From NCBI GenBank assembly GCA_044892525.1, contig CM097885.1, positions 232,314,001 to 232,378,000 of the forward strand: DNA of 64,000 bases. The letters run 5' to 3'. The notes beneath the pieces are model-generated. The model worked only from the letters and a program-made list of their open reading frames with translations, was not told where the DNA came from and searched no databases. This DNA comes from Schmidtea polychroa (Eukaryota). Both the position numbers and the translations under genes were made by a program. Shown piece by piece: positions 1-13,530 of the stretch (position 1 is its first letter; each line of letters starts with the position of its first letter).

Positions 1-150
1 AAAAATGACAATTGGATAAAGAATCATTTTATTAAAACAATACAAACGAGAACAGATGATCCAAATTTCAGTGGACCTGGAAAAATCAGTTATTATATGT
101 CATTAGCGAAAGCCATTATGGATCATTCCTATGATATGTGGAATGGAACA
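1..150 (+). CDS. Internal exon (runs off window start) of a divergent cytosolic malate dehydrogenase family gene (MDH1/MDH1B-like)
   Basis: Frame 1 reads KNDNWIKNHFIKTIQTRTDDPNFSGPGKISYYMSLAKAIMDHSYDMWNGT, aligning by eye to MDH1 KDDSWLKGEFVTTVQQRG...SAAKAICDHVRDIWFGT; phase-0 donor GTAAGT at 151. Confidence 0.8.
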
Positions 151-3100
151 GTAAGTATATTGAAATATTTGAATTGTTTTTCAACAGTTTATACAAATTG
201 ATATGACTATTATTGAAGTGATGAAGTTGTTTGAATGTTCTTCTTCTTTTGTTGAAAGATGTTTTTATTTAACCTTTTTTAGTTTGACTTTTTTTGAACA
301 AATACGGTAAATATCTTTCTTATATGAAAATATCTTACTTAAACAGTCTTAAACAATGTATTTCACTTTTTGATCTGAGAACTTTCACGATTTATTGCCT
401 ACTGGGCAGCTTTCTTTGGTAGACTAACGCAAACGTTTATTTCACCAAATGAAACATGCCCTACATGTTCTAAAAAATTCATTTATCCACTAATTAGAAT
501 CATAATAAACATAGATAAGAGCAATTTCGATAGGCATAAAAGTTTTATTTAAAAATGGTTGAAGGAAAAATTTAATGTTAAAAATACATCAAATTCAGAA
601 AGCCTGGTTTATATTTATTATAATACTAATGCCAGTACGATCATATCTTGACTTCCATTGTGTTCGTTCTTGGTACAAAACACAAATTTATGAAAATGAT
701 ATATCCTCTCTATTTAATTCAGTGATACCCAACCTACGGTCTGTGGGCCACATTCAGTCCTCCGTGTCTTTCAGAATATCCGTCGACCAATTAAACGATA
801 CTTTTTAGTTTTTTCTTACTAAAATGTAATTAATCATAATAATAAAACAAAATGGTATAATATATTTTACAAATAAACAAAAAAATAAATTTCCCTTCGT
901 CAAAATTCCAGTTTATAAAGATTTTCCAACAAAATGATAATTTATATTGAAAGTCCGGGCATTGGTAGTTTACGTTTTTCAAAATGAGTTACATTAAAAA
1001 CAAATATTGAAATAATCTTAGTAATCATTTTTAATCACTTTTTCAACATAAAAGAAACCAGATTATACGGAATTATGTAAAATAACACAAATTCAAGGCT
1101 CGCATTAATTATTAATTTTAACTTTTTGAATAAAAGATTTTTATTATATTTTTAAAATATTTTTTATTTCGCACGCTTATTGTTTTTATTTGAGTATTAA
1201 ATCAATTATAAATTTATCCTGCTAATACTTAAAATGACAAGGCAGTTGACGAAGGTTGGACAGCATTGATCTAATTCATAAATTATAATTAATAAACCTT
1301 TTAAATTAACTAAATTAATATGCTTTATAATTATTGGCAGTGTGGTGGCCTAGAAAAATAATATTTATTGTTTTACTTAATGTGCAGCTTAAAGTCCATT
1401 TGAATCAACGAATTCCAAAATTTAATTAATTTTTCCTTGATTCATCTAAATAAAATAAATTAATTTAAAATAAATTTTCATTATACAATATGACGTAGTA
1501 GATTTGGAAAAATGTTTGATTAAATTAGCTGAATTATGAATTATAGCAACCCACCCAAAATTTAGAAGGTTTTGCAGATTATAGGAGAAACATAAACAAG
1601 CAGTTGAACAATTTAAATTATCATATCTTCTTTAATTCTTGTTAAGTACGCATTATGAATATTAATAAGTCTAGAACTTGGATTTTATTGTGCCTGGATC
1701 TCGTTTAACAATTTATTTGTTGTTAAATGTTACGGGAACATCTTCTAAATCGTTTCAATAGATAAAGTCACAATCCAAAAGTAATAATACAATATTGTTT
1801 AATTTTTAAACAAACTTTTCCGCATTGAAATAAATACTTTTAAAATAATTTATCAAACGAATTTATTATTTTAATATTTAAAATTTAAATTAAATGAAAA
1901 TCATCTTCTAATAATTGCTCAACTGAAAAATCAAAATTTGAAAAACATAATACATATTTATATGAATTTTAGATTATATTCAGTGTTAGACCAAGACATC
2001 TATAAAATTTATTAATGTATTTTAAATTTAAGCCTTTTCCATAAAACACTCAATTTTCTTGACCAAAAATGCTCTGACTTTCATCTTTGGGGATTCACGA
2101 CTTCAATTATTTTCAAAAAAATTAGCGATTCTCCTGAAAAATTCTTTTTTNNNNNNNNNNNNNNNNNNNNNNNNNNNNNNNNNNNNNNNNNNNNNNNNNN
2201 NNNNNNNNNNNNNNNNNNNNNNNNNNNNNNNNNNNNNNNNNNNNNNNNNNNNNNNNNNNNNNNNNNNNNNNNNNNNNNNNNNNNNNNNNNNNNNNNNNNN
2301 NNNNNNNNNNNNNNNNNNNNNNNNNNNNCATATACCGTCATTGAAATATCTATATATTATTTTCAGATTTTATACTTTTGAATAATAATGGGATTCTAGT
2401 CTTTTATTTTCTCGACATGTTTTGATCTCCAAAATACTGGTTCTTGATATTTGAATCCCATTTGTCGACAAAAAAACCTATTAGGAATTCCCAAAATTGC
2501 AAAACCTACTTTCTGCTCAGCCTTCTGGGATGCTAGATGGTTTCTCCCTAAACATAATTGACATAATTGAAATCGATTAGCTATACGACAAACTGAACGC
2601 CAAAACCTTAAAATATCACGAAACATCAACGGTGGAAGGTGACGCGATAAAATGTCTAAAATGATACCAACACCAAAACATGAGTTCAAGTTCAGTTCTT
2701 ATTACTAAAACGGAGGACAACCAGCTTCAATGCAGAATTTTCTCTACAACAGCACAACAAAATTAGAGAGAACATTGAACAGCAGATAAATTAATAATAG
2801 TATAAAAAGCATATTGTTCTTTGTAGGTTTTATCTTGTCAATACACCCTCGATCATATTTTCCTTAATTACCTCGTTTCGAATTAAAATTTTTTGCAGCT
2901 AATAACTCTTTCGTGAAAACATTCTCCTGCGCAACTTCATTTTGGATCCAACACGTCATTAGTAAACGACCTATTTTATCCAGATACAGAACTAAACCAT
3001 GAGCATCTAAAAACAGCACGAGACTGTTTAGAAAAACGTGATACTGTGCCAAAGTTTCAGGATAGGTTATAAGCAACGTTCCCTCTAATTTTTACTCGAC

Positions 3101-3508
3101 TGTGCGGCAGAAAATTCGTGTGGGCAATTATTTTTTAATAAAAGACGAACTGGGCAAACTTTTGGAAAAAATGTTTTTAATGAAAAAAAACAATATTCAT
3201 TANNNNNNNNNNNNNNNNNNNNNNNNNNNNNNNNNNNNNNNNNNNNNNNNNNNNNNNNNNNNNNNNNNNNNNNNNNNNNNNNNNNNNNNNNNNNNNNNNN
3301 NNNNNNNNNNNNNNNNNNNNNNNNNNNNNNNNNNNNNNNNNNNNNNNNNNNNNNNNNNNNNNNNNNNNNNNNNNNNNNNNNAAACTCAAAAAACTTAAAA
3401 ATTCATAATATTTTGATAATCAAAAATAATTTCAAAATTTTTATTTACATCTATTCACGTCTATCTTTATTATTGATCCAATAATCATGAACGTTATCTA
3501 ATTCAATA

Positions 3509-4360
3509 TTGCCGCGTCAATCAGTACAGAACACAAATTTATTGTTAGAAGCAAGAGATGTATCTTTGGACGTTGAGACCGAGAATATAGATGCACTAAT
3601 TAATTCAATAAAATTAATGCGATGGGAAAAGGTGATGAGTGATATGCTGAAAAATTCTCCATTCACGCATCATTTGAAATTAAAAGAAAGTTTATTGATG
3701 AAGCAGCTGTTGAGTTACATTATCAACAAATATTCAATAAGATCATTTCAGTTTTACAAAAAATCATTACAAACTCGCTTTCAAAGAATGATTCAAATTT
3801 ATGATAATTTTAAATTCCTGTGGACCTTCAATAGCATTGATGAAGACATATTGCAAAATCAGTGCGACAAGATTAAAATTAAATTTTCCGTTGACATTTC
3901 AACAGACCTGTATGATGAAATGATATTTTTTAAAAGCATTTACGCAATCAACTTCAAATCATCAAAGCCAAAAGAAGTGCTTAAATCTATTATTGAAATG
4001 AATTTGGAGTCAATTTTTCCAAATCTTGTAGTTGTATTAAGAATATTTTTGACAATCCCGGTTTCTGTAGCCGAGTCTGAACGTAGGTTTTCAGCTCAAA
4101 AACGTATTAAGGATTTCTTGAGATCTACAACGCCACAAGAGCGGCTAAATGGATTAGTAATGCTGCATATTAATGACGATATTGCAAGAAACCTAAATTT
4201 TAGTGAAATAATTGATAAATTTGCAATTTCAAAAATCATTAATGTAATAAAATTTGTTTTTATATTGTGTTGTCGCTAACTATATATATTTTTTAATTAT
4301 TAAAAAGGGGCCCCAAAAAAAATTTGGCCCCGGGCCCCGCACTCTCTCTCCTAGGCCCTG
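3509..4360 (+). mobile_element. hAT transposase 3' remnant (ZMYM1-like hATC dimerization domain) with 3' TIR
   Basis: IFPNLVVVLRIFLTIPVSVAESERRFSAQKRIKDFLRSTTPQERLNGLVMLHIN is the hATC motif; GC-rich terminus ...ggccccgggcccc...ggccctg ends at 4360. Confidence 0.85.
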
Positions 4361-4740
4361 CGCGTAATGAAATAAATGTCTTTATTCTCATTAAGTTATC
4401 CAAATTATCCACTTTTAGTCTGTTTCTAGATTTAGATTTTATTGAATTCATTAAACTAAACCCACGTATATTGTTGTAAAATTTGTAAAATTCTCATTGG
4501 TTGTAAATATAATATATAAATATAATATATGAATTTTTTTATTAAAAACTTTTAAAATTTTACTGAAAATTAAAGTTAAAAATGAAATAAAATAAATACC
4601 ATTTAAAATTCCAAAATGACACAAACTAAAATAATAAAAAAATTTATATATTATATTTACAACCAATGAGAATTAAGAGAAAGGAAATAAAAGAAAAATT
4701 GAAAGGTATTTTTGGGAAGAACATTGCTAAATTCCAGGAG

Positions 4741-4860
4741 ATTGACAAGGACTATCTTATAGTCGAAAATCTTTTCATTAAATACATTATTTGCACCAAA
4801 AGGCTTAAATTATCATTTTATTGTTTTAAATAATAAATGCTGCTACCAAGAAATCATCAC
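4741..4860. repeat. Half copy of foldback MITE family A (a second half copy lies at about 5590-5690)
   Basis: ttgacaaggactatcttatagtcgaaaa...aaaggcttaaattatcatttta...gctgctaccaagaaatcatcac is the same arm as in the 11540 palindrome. Confidence 0.8.
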
Positions 4861-5828
4861 TTAATACTTTCAAAAGGCCTGATCCGGGAAAAATACTTGG
4901 AAATACGGAATTTAGCTAGAATCAACTAGAAAATTGCGAAATTATACTGCCAAATAAATTTCCTTCGCCGATGTAAGGAAACAAAGATCTATCCTACAAC
5001 AATTCACAACATCCACTTACCTCAGATTCTTAACAAAGATCAAAACATCAAGAGAAATAAAAACATTTAATTAGAAGTATGTACGGAGAAACTCATCGGG
5101 AACAAAAGAATCAAGAAATCATTTTGAAAACGTATTTGAATAACCACCCAAAAGAATTGATCTTTGAGGTACAAAGACAATCTTTCATGACAGCAGAAGC
5201 ACATTAAAATAATATAGAAAAATTTTAAGAAATAGGATTTGAAAATCAGAATTGACACATTTATTGAAATATTTAAATAGCATATATAAGTAGTTATTGG
5301 AGGCTTTATTTAGAATATCTTGAAATATTTTATTAGGTTTCTAGAAACTAATTATAGAAGCTGTATAAAAAAATTTAAAAATTTTTAGTTTGTGTCATTT
5401 TGGAATTTTAAATGGTATTTATTTTATTTTATTTTTAATTTTAATTTTCAGTAAAATTTTAAAAGTTTTTAATATAAAAATTCATATAATATATTTATAT
5501 ATTATATTTACAACCAATGAGAATTAAGAGAAAGGAAATAAAAGAAAGATTGAAAGGTAATTTTGGGAAATTGCTAAATTCCATGAGAGTGACAAGGACT
5601 ATCTTATAGACGAAAATTTTTTCATTAAATACATTATTTGCACCAAAAGGCTTAAATTATCATTTTACTGTTTTAAATAATAATAAAAATGATAATAAAA
5701 TTAATAATAGCAATAATAATCATATGAATCCTCAGTCTTCAGTTTTCATTTTCCTTCTTAGATTCGGAAAAGTTATTCTTGCTATATTTCTAAGGTGTTG
5801 AATTTTATTATTTCAAAATCTTCAAGCT

Positions 5829-6198
5829 CAGTGGCGTAGCAATAGGTTGTGCAGATTGTGCACGGCACAAGGGCCCAGGACGAAAAATTAGTAAAATTTA
5901 TACGTTCGAGCATTATAAAGTCCCCGATTGTCATCAAACTAAGCATCGCTTTGGCGTTTGTTTTGTTTTTATTAAGACAGCAACCACAGTTTGGACGGTT
6001 TATACATTTAATATTATTAGGAATCTATATTGGATATAGTTGTAAACCACATATGTCACACCCATTCATCTATTAAATTATTTGCTTTACTTGACGTTGG
6101 TTTTTTTTTATGTGATGAGGACTTGTTTATTAATAAAACGTCAAATTCAACGTCCCAAAATCTGCACAAGGGCCCCAGAAATCCTTGGTACGCCACTG
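5829..6198. mobile_element. Non-autonomous hAT element (MITE)
   Basis: TIR CAGTGGCGTA / TACGCCACTG; exact 8-bp TSD TTCAAGCT on both sides. Confidence 0.92.
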
Positions 6199-6469
6199 TT
6201 CAAGCTACTTTTTTACCAGTGACTATAGCTAAATATTTTCTTCAGGCATAGACATAGACAAATATTTCCCCTTATTATTACAATACATTATCCAGGACTT
6301 CCAAACCGTCAGAACAATATTTCAGCATATATACAAAATTCTTCTGAAATATTTGTTATAAACCCTTATATGAAAGTATGTAAAGTGCTAAAATGGATAC
6401 TATTTTTATGGCCAATCTAATATAAAATATGAAAATATAATAATTGAAATTGAAACAGTTTCATTACAG

Positions 6470-6676
6470 ACTGATTGGATCAACATGATAGTTTACAGTA
6501 AGGGTCAATACGATGCTCCGCAAGATGTATTTTTCAGTTTTCCTGTAACGATTAGGAGAGGCAAATGGTATATTGTAGAAAATTTACATGTCGATGAATT
6601 TTCTAGATCAAAATTAGAAATTACAAGCAAACAAATAGAACAAGAAAAACGGTGGGCTTTGACTGAATGCGGATGA
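6470..6676 (+). CDS. Terminal exon of the same MDH1-family gene
   Basis: Acceptor TTACAG ends at 6469 (phase 0). TDWINMIVYSKGQYDAPQDVFFSFPVTIRRGKWYIVENLHVDEFSRSKLEITSKQIEQEK matches the MDH1 C-terminus (SMGVISDG.YGVP.DL.YSFPV.IK...W..VEGL.INDFSREK). Confidence 0.85.
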   Translation, partial: TDWINMIVYSKGQYDAPQDVFFSFPVTIRRGKWYIVENLHVDEFSRSKLEITSKQIEQEKRWALTECG

Positions 6677-8296
6677 AAATTAACCACTTACAATTGTCAA
6701 TGATATATTTGAGTTTAAAAATGACAATAAATATTTATTTAGATTTTCACATTTTAAAATGTTTTACAAAATAATTACAAAAATATTAAAAAAAATTATT
6801 GTTTTCATTTATTTCCAACCAACTTCTAATTTGAAGTTGTAAGTATTGCATTTACAAATTGGTCAAATATTTTTATGTCTTGCAATCATGGCTAAAATTG
6901 TCGCATCATGAATATTCATCACTTAGATGCCTAATGAAGCTGCAGACGCTCGTAGCCACTTTGCAGTTATATGATGTCTGACTATTTATAAGAAGATGGA
7001 AAATGGAAACCAGTAAAAATGTAGATCGTGTACCTTGAGTTCCACGATTTGATATCTTCTATGTTTCTCTGTATTCTAAAAATAAAACTCTCCGTTCTGT
7101 AAAAGGTTTTGGATCTTAAATTCTGAAGTATGTAATTTTCAAATCCCATCAAGTCAATCTTTGAAGTGTCTAGTGATATATTTTTGATGTAACTGAGTGA
7201 TGCGTTTCGAATGCCAGTGTTAAAACATAACATATTGTGCAAATCTTAAACACGGCTCGGGGAGAGCAGAATTTTGATCGAGTTCGACTGAAAGTTTTTA
7301 CTGTCTACCATTTCATCTGGTATTACCAGAAAATATTTTAGAGTTGAATTTTCGGAGGAATGTTAATTCCAAGGTAGACAGAAATTCATATATCTATTGG
7401 AAAAATCTTGAAAAATGATTAAACTTTAAATTAAAAAAGGCATTCGAGACTGACAAAAAATTTTGACATAAATTGAAAGCAGTGTTTTTATGGTGTCGCG
7501 AACATTACAATTATTACAGTTATCCGTAATTGAGTGTAAATTTAAAGTGAATAAAGTTTGTAATCTTTGTATATTATTTAGTCCAATATAAAATAATTGT
7601 GTTGTAAATTCGATATCCATAAATCTATATCTCGTTGGGAAGTTATTGATGTGATACCCAACACACCATGAGTGGACACATTCACAAGTTCAAATTCTCT
7701 CTAATTCTAATTTTTTATTTCTAAATTAATAAAATTTTCAATTAAAAAATATATTTCGTAAATTTTATTTCCATTTCACTAAAAACAATAGACTCATCAT
7801 ATAGGAAAGTATATGTATGCAAATGTTTAGATTACTTATTTGTTGTATAAATTATACAAATATCATAAATGTATGCGTATCATATAGCAAAAATACAATG
7901 TTGAATGAAAATCAGACAGAAATAAACAAATGCGAATAAATAATTAATAAATCTGAAAATACTATCAAGTAAAGACTGATCAGAAATATTAGTAAGAACA
8001 TGAACTCAAAGAAATTAGTAACATATGGCAGTTGTGAAATGTTATTTCTCCGTCGGTTAATTTTAACTGAAATCAATAAAAAGTGACATAAAAATAAAAA
8101 ATCAATCACCAATCGATTTATCACATGTGAAATGCGGGTGTACAAAGAATGTATTGATTGCATTAGGATTTTTGTAATTATTTTACATTCAAAAGAAAAT
8201 TTAAATGCAATAAATAAACAGATTGAAATACCATTTTGTTGAATATGCAAAAAGTTGTAAACCAAATCTGTTAAATAACAGAATCGGCAACTCGAT

Positions 8297-8641
8297 TTAA
8301 CACAATGATTCTTCAAATTTCACCAACCGTGACGACGGCTGGCCAGTCAAATTGCCATTGATAGCACCTTGAAGTTCTGGATTTAAAAAATCTTTTTTAT
8401 CGACGATTTCTGTGTCAGAATCAATGTCTTGGTCGAAAATCAATTGTTGCTGAAGATTCAGTAATTCATTCTCTAATTTAACATTTTTCTCAAGAAGCTT
8501 TTGATACTTTAAATTCAACTGTTTATGGTAGGAAATCACTTGTGCCTTTTCTTCGAGCCATTTTGCGCGTTCTTCGTTGAATTGTTGTTGCAATAAAGGA
8601 AAATCAACAGTTTGTAGATTTTCAGTTGTGTGAATTGATGT
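8297..8641 (-). CDS. LZTS: Terminal exon of LZTS/Fez1-family coiled-coil gene
   Basis: QQFNEERAKWLEEKAQVISYHKQLNLKYQKLLEKNVKLENELLNL matches the LZTS motif W.EEKEKVI.YQKQLQ..Y..MY.RN..LE; phase-0 acceptor TTTAG before 8641. Confidence 0.8.
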   Translation of the reverse strand, partial: TSIHTTENLQTVDFPLLQQQFNEERAKWLEEKAQVISYHKQLNLKYQKLLEKNVKLENELLNLQQQLIFDQDIDSDTEIVDKKDFLNPELQGAINGNLTGQPSSRLVKFEESLC

Positions 8642-8993
8642 CTAAATATCGATGAAAATTACTATTTGATGAATTTTCTTTCATTTATTTTTAATTATGA
8701 TTTTTAATTTAAAACTGAAATTATCAAAAATCCTATTACAAAATTTGTGAAATGAAATTTTAAATAAATAAATTAAGTATTTTGTGTTGAATGTTTGTAG
8801 AATGTTGAAATCCTCTTCCATTTTTATAACAATTTTGTTGGAATAGCGAAATATAATTTATTATAAGGAATTTAATAATTATAAATGATAATTTATTTAT
8901 TTAATAAAAATGTACAATTAGTTTAAGTGGTTGATATATTTTTTAAAACAAACTACAATAATAATATAATAATTAGATTTGCAATATAAAGTT

Positions 8994-8994
<1 letters not shown>

Positions 8995-9066
<72 letters not shown>
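8995..9066. repeat. (TAA)24 microsatellite
   Basis: Direct reading. Confidence 0.98.
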
Positions 9067-9067
<1 letters not shown>

Positions 9068-9544
9068 TAAAGAGAAATTGCATTTTTATGAATTTATATT
9101 TACCAAATATGTTTTCAAAGTATTTTATAAGTATTAAACGAACACACTAACTCCTGGGAGGTACTACTTGAAGAATACACTTTTCTATGATATTAATTTT
9201 GATCAAAAAATCCAGTAACATGCAAAATTGTCAGAAAATATAGAGCGTCCACAAATTAAACATATTTCACCATATGTATTTTAATATATTGAACCATTGA
9301 ATGGATATAAAAATATCCCTTCAGGGACCGGCAATGAATGACTCTTACAAATAAATCAAATTTAATTAATATGAATACAAATATTATGTTTTAAACAAGA
9401 AAAATTATCGTCCTAGTTGATAAATTTAGAATGCATATTGGTAATTTTTCTGTACAAATTCTAATTATAAACTGTTTTTTTATCAATTTTAAACATTAAC
9501 ACATTTAATATATAGAGAATTTTAGGTATTTATAAATAAAAAAA

Positions 9545-9603
9545 TGACTATGAATCAGTAAAGATATCAAAAAAACATCGATATCTTTACTGATTCATAG
9601 TCA
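9545..9603. repeat. Perfect 24-bp hairpin of foldback family B (relatives at 48977, about 62895 and 63582)
   Basis: tgactatgaatcagtaaagatatc - aaaaaaacatc - gatatctttactgattcatagtca; the downstream flank is shared with the 48977 copy. Confidence 0.9.
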
Positions 9604-10079
9604 ATGTTTTTAATAAATACAATGTCAATTGAAAAGAAATCAGTGGTGAAAATTAAAAAGTTCCTATTTAAAAATAATTTTACAAATTAATAATTTTAAA
9701 AAATGGAAATTGTATGAATCGGAATGCCCAAATTATTATACAATCCAAATTGTGAGGTGTTTTCAGCTAAGAGTTAGATATTTCAATGATTTATCAAAAT
9801 AATTTTAAATTGACTATTAAAATAACTTTTAAATAATTTTTAAATTGGATTTTTTAAGTTGAAATTTTTGAATTAAAAATTAAAATAGCTTTTTAAAAAA
9901 GAAGTTTTATTAATGAAAAATTTTTAAATAAATATATTTTAAATATTGAAATATTTTGATAAATGGTTTTAAAAATATTTTATTCAACGCTAAAAATTTG
10001 TTTAAAATTATACAATATGTCATATAATAAATACTTGGAATTATGTCGTTAACTTTTGAATCGGATTTAAAAAATAATT

Positions 10080-11210
10080 TAGAAGATGTTTTAGCAGCTT
10101 CTAATATGCCGACCACGTCTATGGATTTCTTCATAAAGAAGCTATTCCAAATGATTATCATATAGGAGATGATGTTGAAATATTCATTAAAGAATGCGAT
10201 AGATATTTTAAAATGGTACAAATGCCTACTGCAAGACAAGAAGTGATGATCGAATTACTGATCGACAAACAGATCAGAGAGATATATACAGGAGTTGACC
10301 AAAATATCAAATGTTATAAGGAAAGATTGCGAAAGGCATTCTTCAAAAAAACAAGTTTCGCAGAAGATTTACAATCTGCTATGTCTTATAGACAGACTAG
10401 TGAAGAGCCCGATAAATATTTTACTATCATAGATGAGTTAGTCGATAAAATATTGGGGCATGAGATTCATAAAAAAGGATTTTGCAGAAAGAGAAATAGA
10501 AAATATACAAATACTCACCTTAGATGAATGGAAAAATGATATTATTATTTATGATAAAATGCAAGGCCGACTAAGTGTAACTATTAGAAAACAAGACCAG
10601 AGGATGGAATGCTTGCTCGATACTGGAGCTACAGTAAATGTCATGAGTTGGAGCAAATTTAAGAAACTTAAAGATGTAGAACTAACAATAACGACTGATA
10701 CATTGAGATGTGCAAATAATAATGTTTTAGAAACGAAAGGTAAAGCAATATTAGAAATAGTAATAAATGGCAGGAAAAGAAGGGTAAAGTTTACGATAGT
10801 ACGATATATGACTCCAGAGGTAATTTGTGGTATAGAGTTCCAAAAACAATTTGGTACACAACTAAAATGGCCAGTAGAAGAGGTCGAGAAAACGAAGCAA
10901 GAGCACATATGCAGTATCGAAGCCAAATTTGGAAAGACAATAACGGAGATGGAACGATTTCAAAGAGCAAAAAATAATTTAAAGATAAATAATCCAATAC
11001 TATTGAACATTGTAAAAAAGAATCAAAATGTTTTTATGGCTGATAAATGGGACATTGGCTGCACAAAGCTGTTGAAGCATAAAATAGAAACTCAAGGAAA
11101 ACCGATAAATATTAAACCGTGGAGACAGCCAGTCAACTTGGAAGGTAAAATAGATGAAGTGATAAAAACTTGTGGGAAAACAATATTATCAAAAAGTGTA
11201 ATTCGCCATA
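10080..11210 (+). mobile_element. Decayed, internally deleted Ty3/gypsy gag-protease fragment, same family as the 15.5-18.7 kb copy
   Basis: Gag-like GDDVEIFIKECDRYF...AMSYRQ, then MQGRLSVT...CLLDTGATVNVM...LRCANN...FMADKWDIGCT, paralleling the 16258 pol. Confidence 0.85.
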
Positions 11211-11472
11211 ATTTTTCTCATTAATTATTCTGTTCTGTTGAGTCTCAAATGATTGATGAAGCCCAAAGACTTAAACTAAAAAATCGGAGATTTTTTATTA
11301 ACTAATTTAAATAAAATAAATAATTAACTTATTTTTTAATTATTCTCAGATGATTATTCTCTTTTTGTTCCTATGTTCAAATGCTTGCTAATTTCCTTTT
11401 TAAAACCATTTCAACATTGGAACATAGCTAAACTTTCTCAATTAATTTAAAATATATTTTACAACGAAGGTT

Positions 11473-11474
<2 letters not shown>

Positions 11475-11539
<65 letters not shown>
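11475..11539. repeat. (TAA)n microsatellite abutting foldback MITE A
   Basis: Direct reading. Confidence 0.97.
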
Positions 11540-11540
<1 letters not shown>

Positions 11541-11725
11541 AATAAAATGATAATTTAAGCCTTTTGCTGCAAATATTGTATTTAATGAAAGAATTTTCGA
11601 CTATAAGATAGTCCTTGTCAATCTTGACAAGGACTATCTTATAGTCGAAAATTCTTTCATTAAATACATTATTTGCAGCAAAAGGCTTAAATTATCATTT
11701 TATTGTTTTAAATAATAAATGCTGC
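11540..11725. mobile_element. Foldback MITE family A, near-perfect palindrome
   Basis: 82-bp arms 11540-11621 and 11624-11705 with one mismatch and a 2-nt loop (TC); runs into an N-gap. Confidence 0.9.
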
Positions 11726-12861
11726 NNNNNNNNNNNNNNNNNNNNNNNNNNNNNNNNNNNNNNNNNNNNNNNNNNNNNNNNNNNNNNNNNNNNNNNNNNN
11801 NNNNNNNNNNNNNNNNNNNNNNNNNNNNNNNNNNNNNNNNNNNNNNNNNNNNNNNNNNNNNNNNNNNNNNNNNNNTATTACAACACGAACAAAATAGCTA
11901 TGAAATTATATCTAAAATTTACCAAAAGCATAGTTCAAATATTTGCGATTTTAAATAATTCATTTTCTAGTTTTTGAAGCAGATCAAAGGTACTATCCGA
12001 AATATTTCTGGGACAGTGGAATTGAACATGGAATGTATAATGTAATATCAAATTTATTTCGTAAATACATGGTGTAAATGAATTATAATTTCTCAAATTA
12101 CGTGAAACATTTCTAACATAAACAATGAAATTTACAAAATGTAAAAACTGTTTTTTTCAGTGAAAAAGTGACATTATATAGCATAATATAGAAAATAAGT
12201 AATGTACTAAAATTTCGAATTTATAATAGAATTTGCATAGTATATTCAGAATTATTTATTTGTTTTACCGATACCTAATGCAATGTTGAAATAGTAACTA
12301 TTTTTGGTTTTATGCTATTCGTTTGAAACATTTGTATAACAATAACTAAAATAGTGTTTGATCACTTTAATCATTTGCAAGTTTTTTTTTCTATTACAAC
12401 TTATGATTTTTATTACTATATCACTATTTTGAAATTATAATTTTTATACTCAAATATCCTTTTTATTCAAAAAATTATTTATTATATTAAAATCATATTT
12501 TTATATAATTTAAATTTTGCTTATTTTTCCCATTTCAAAATGTTATCAGGCAAAGCTGCAAAATCCGATTTTGAAATGAAATGTATTTTGACGGATTCAC
12601 TGTCGAAATATATTAAGTTGTTAAGTTAAAATTTCGTTTTTTATGAAAATAATAGACGATTTTCTTATAGTGAATATTAGGATTCTCATCCGTGATAACA
12701 TTAATATCCGTTTTTAAATCACTAAATAATTCTTATTTTTGTTATTTAAACAAATTTCAGTTTTTCTTAAAATATTTTTTGATAAAAATATATTTTAAAT
12801 TTGACAAAATTTCTAATTAATCTTTAAGAATCTTTCAACTTCCTCATAGTGAATAAATATT

Positions 12862-13530
12862 TTATTGAATTACTTATCGTCCATTCTGGTCCAATAACGT
12901 TTGCCATTTTTCTGGCAGCAGCTTGATTCCTCGCATATAAAATATTTATTATTTGATGGCAAAAAACTGGTCCAGATGTTTTATGACCTCCTTTGAATTA
13001 AATTTTACAGTCTAAAAGATTTTGAGATCGAAACAAGGATGAAGTTTCGCATTATGAACACTACACCTTTTCTATTGATCATCTCTGGTCTCTTCTCTTT
13101 AAGCGAAATTTCAATTTGTCTAGCGAATCACAGTACATTTCAGAATTGATCGTTGTGTTGCCCCGTAGAATAACGTATGATACAGTGACGTATCTTTATA
13201 TCTTAAGAATATCTTTTGAATTGACTCTTCTGTATGTAAACTTTTTAGACAATATTCCAAATAAATTTCGAATTACTTAATCTTGAAAATAAATTTCGCT
13301 TCTTTATCCAAAAAAAAGTTTCACCAAATGTCATTTCGCAATAACTGTTAACATCAATTTATGTTTTTAAAGTTTACAGTGGTCAAGCCGTTTCTTTGGA
13401 AAGACATGTACAAATTGAACGAATAATCGCATTATTAAAAAAAATAGAACTCCAAAAAATTGATTTAACAAAGCTAAGGCAGATAAAACTTTATAAAAAT
13501 CAGAAATATCTATGAATGAGTATCACTTAA
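12862..13530 (-). mobile_element. Decayed mariner transposase, C-terminal half
   Basis: Minus-strand frames give RGNTTINSEMYCDSLDKL, MINRKGVVF and HLDQFFA...FYMRGIKLLPEKWQTLLDQNG; many stops and indels. Confidence 0.8.

Noticed and set aside
2059-3398. ORFs containing long X runs (also 11719, 21939-22433, 25267-25516, 42836-43100)
   Set aside because: Artefacts of translating through N-gaps (2151-2328, 3203-3381, 11726-11875, 22039-22315, 25313-25483, 42894-43050).
7426-7680. Possible zf-RVT (C-terminal CCHC) remnant of a non-LTR element, CNNCNVRDTIK-HC
   Set aside because: Needs a frameshift and rests on one short motif; too weak to list as a feature.
7912-8316. 134-aa minus-strand ORF
   Set aside because: Hydrophobic low-information translation of the AT-rich LZTS-like 3' UTR region, overlapping the real exon in another frame.
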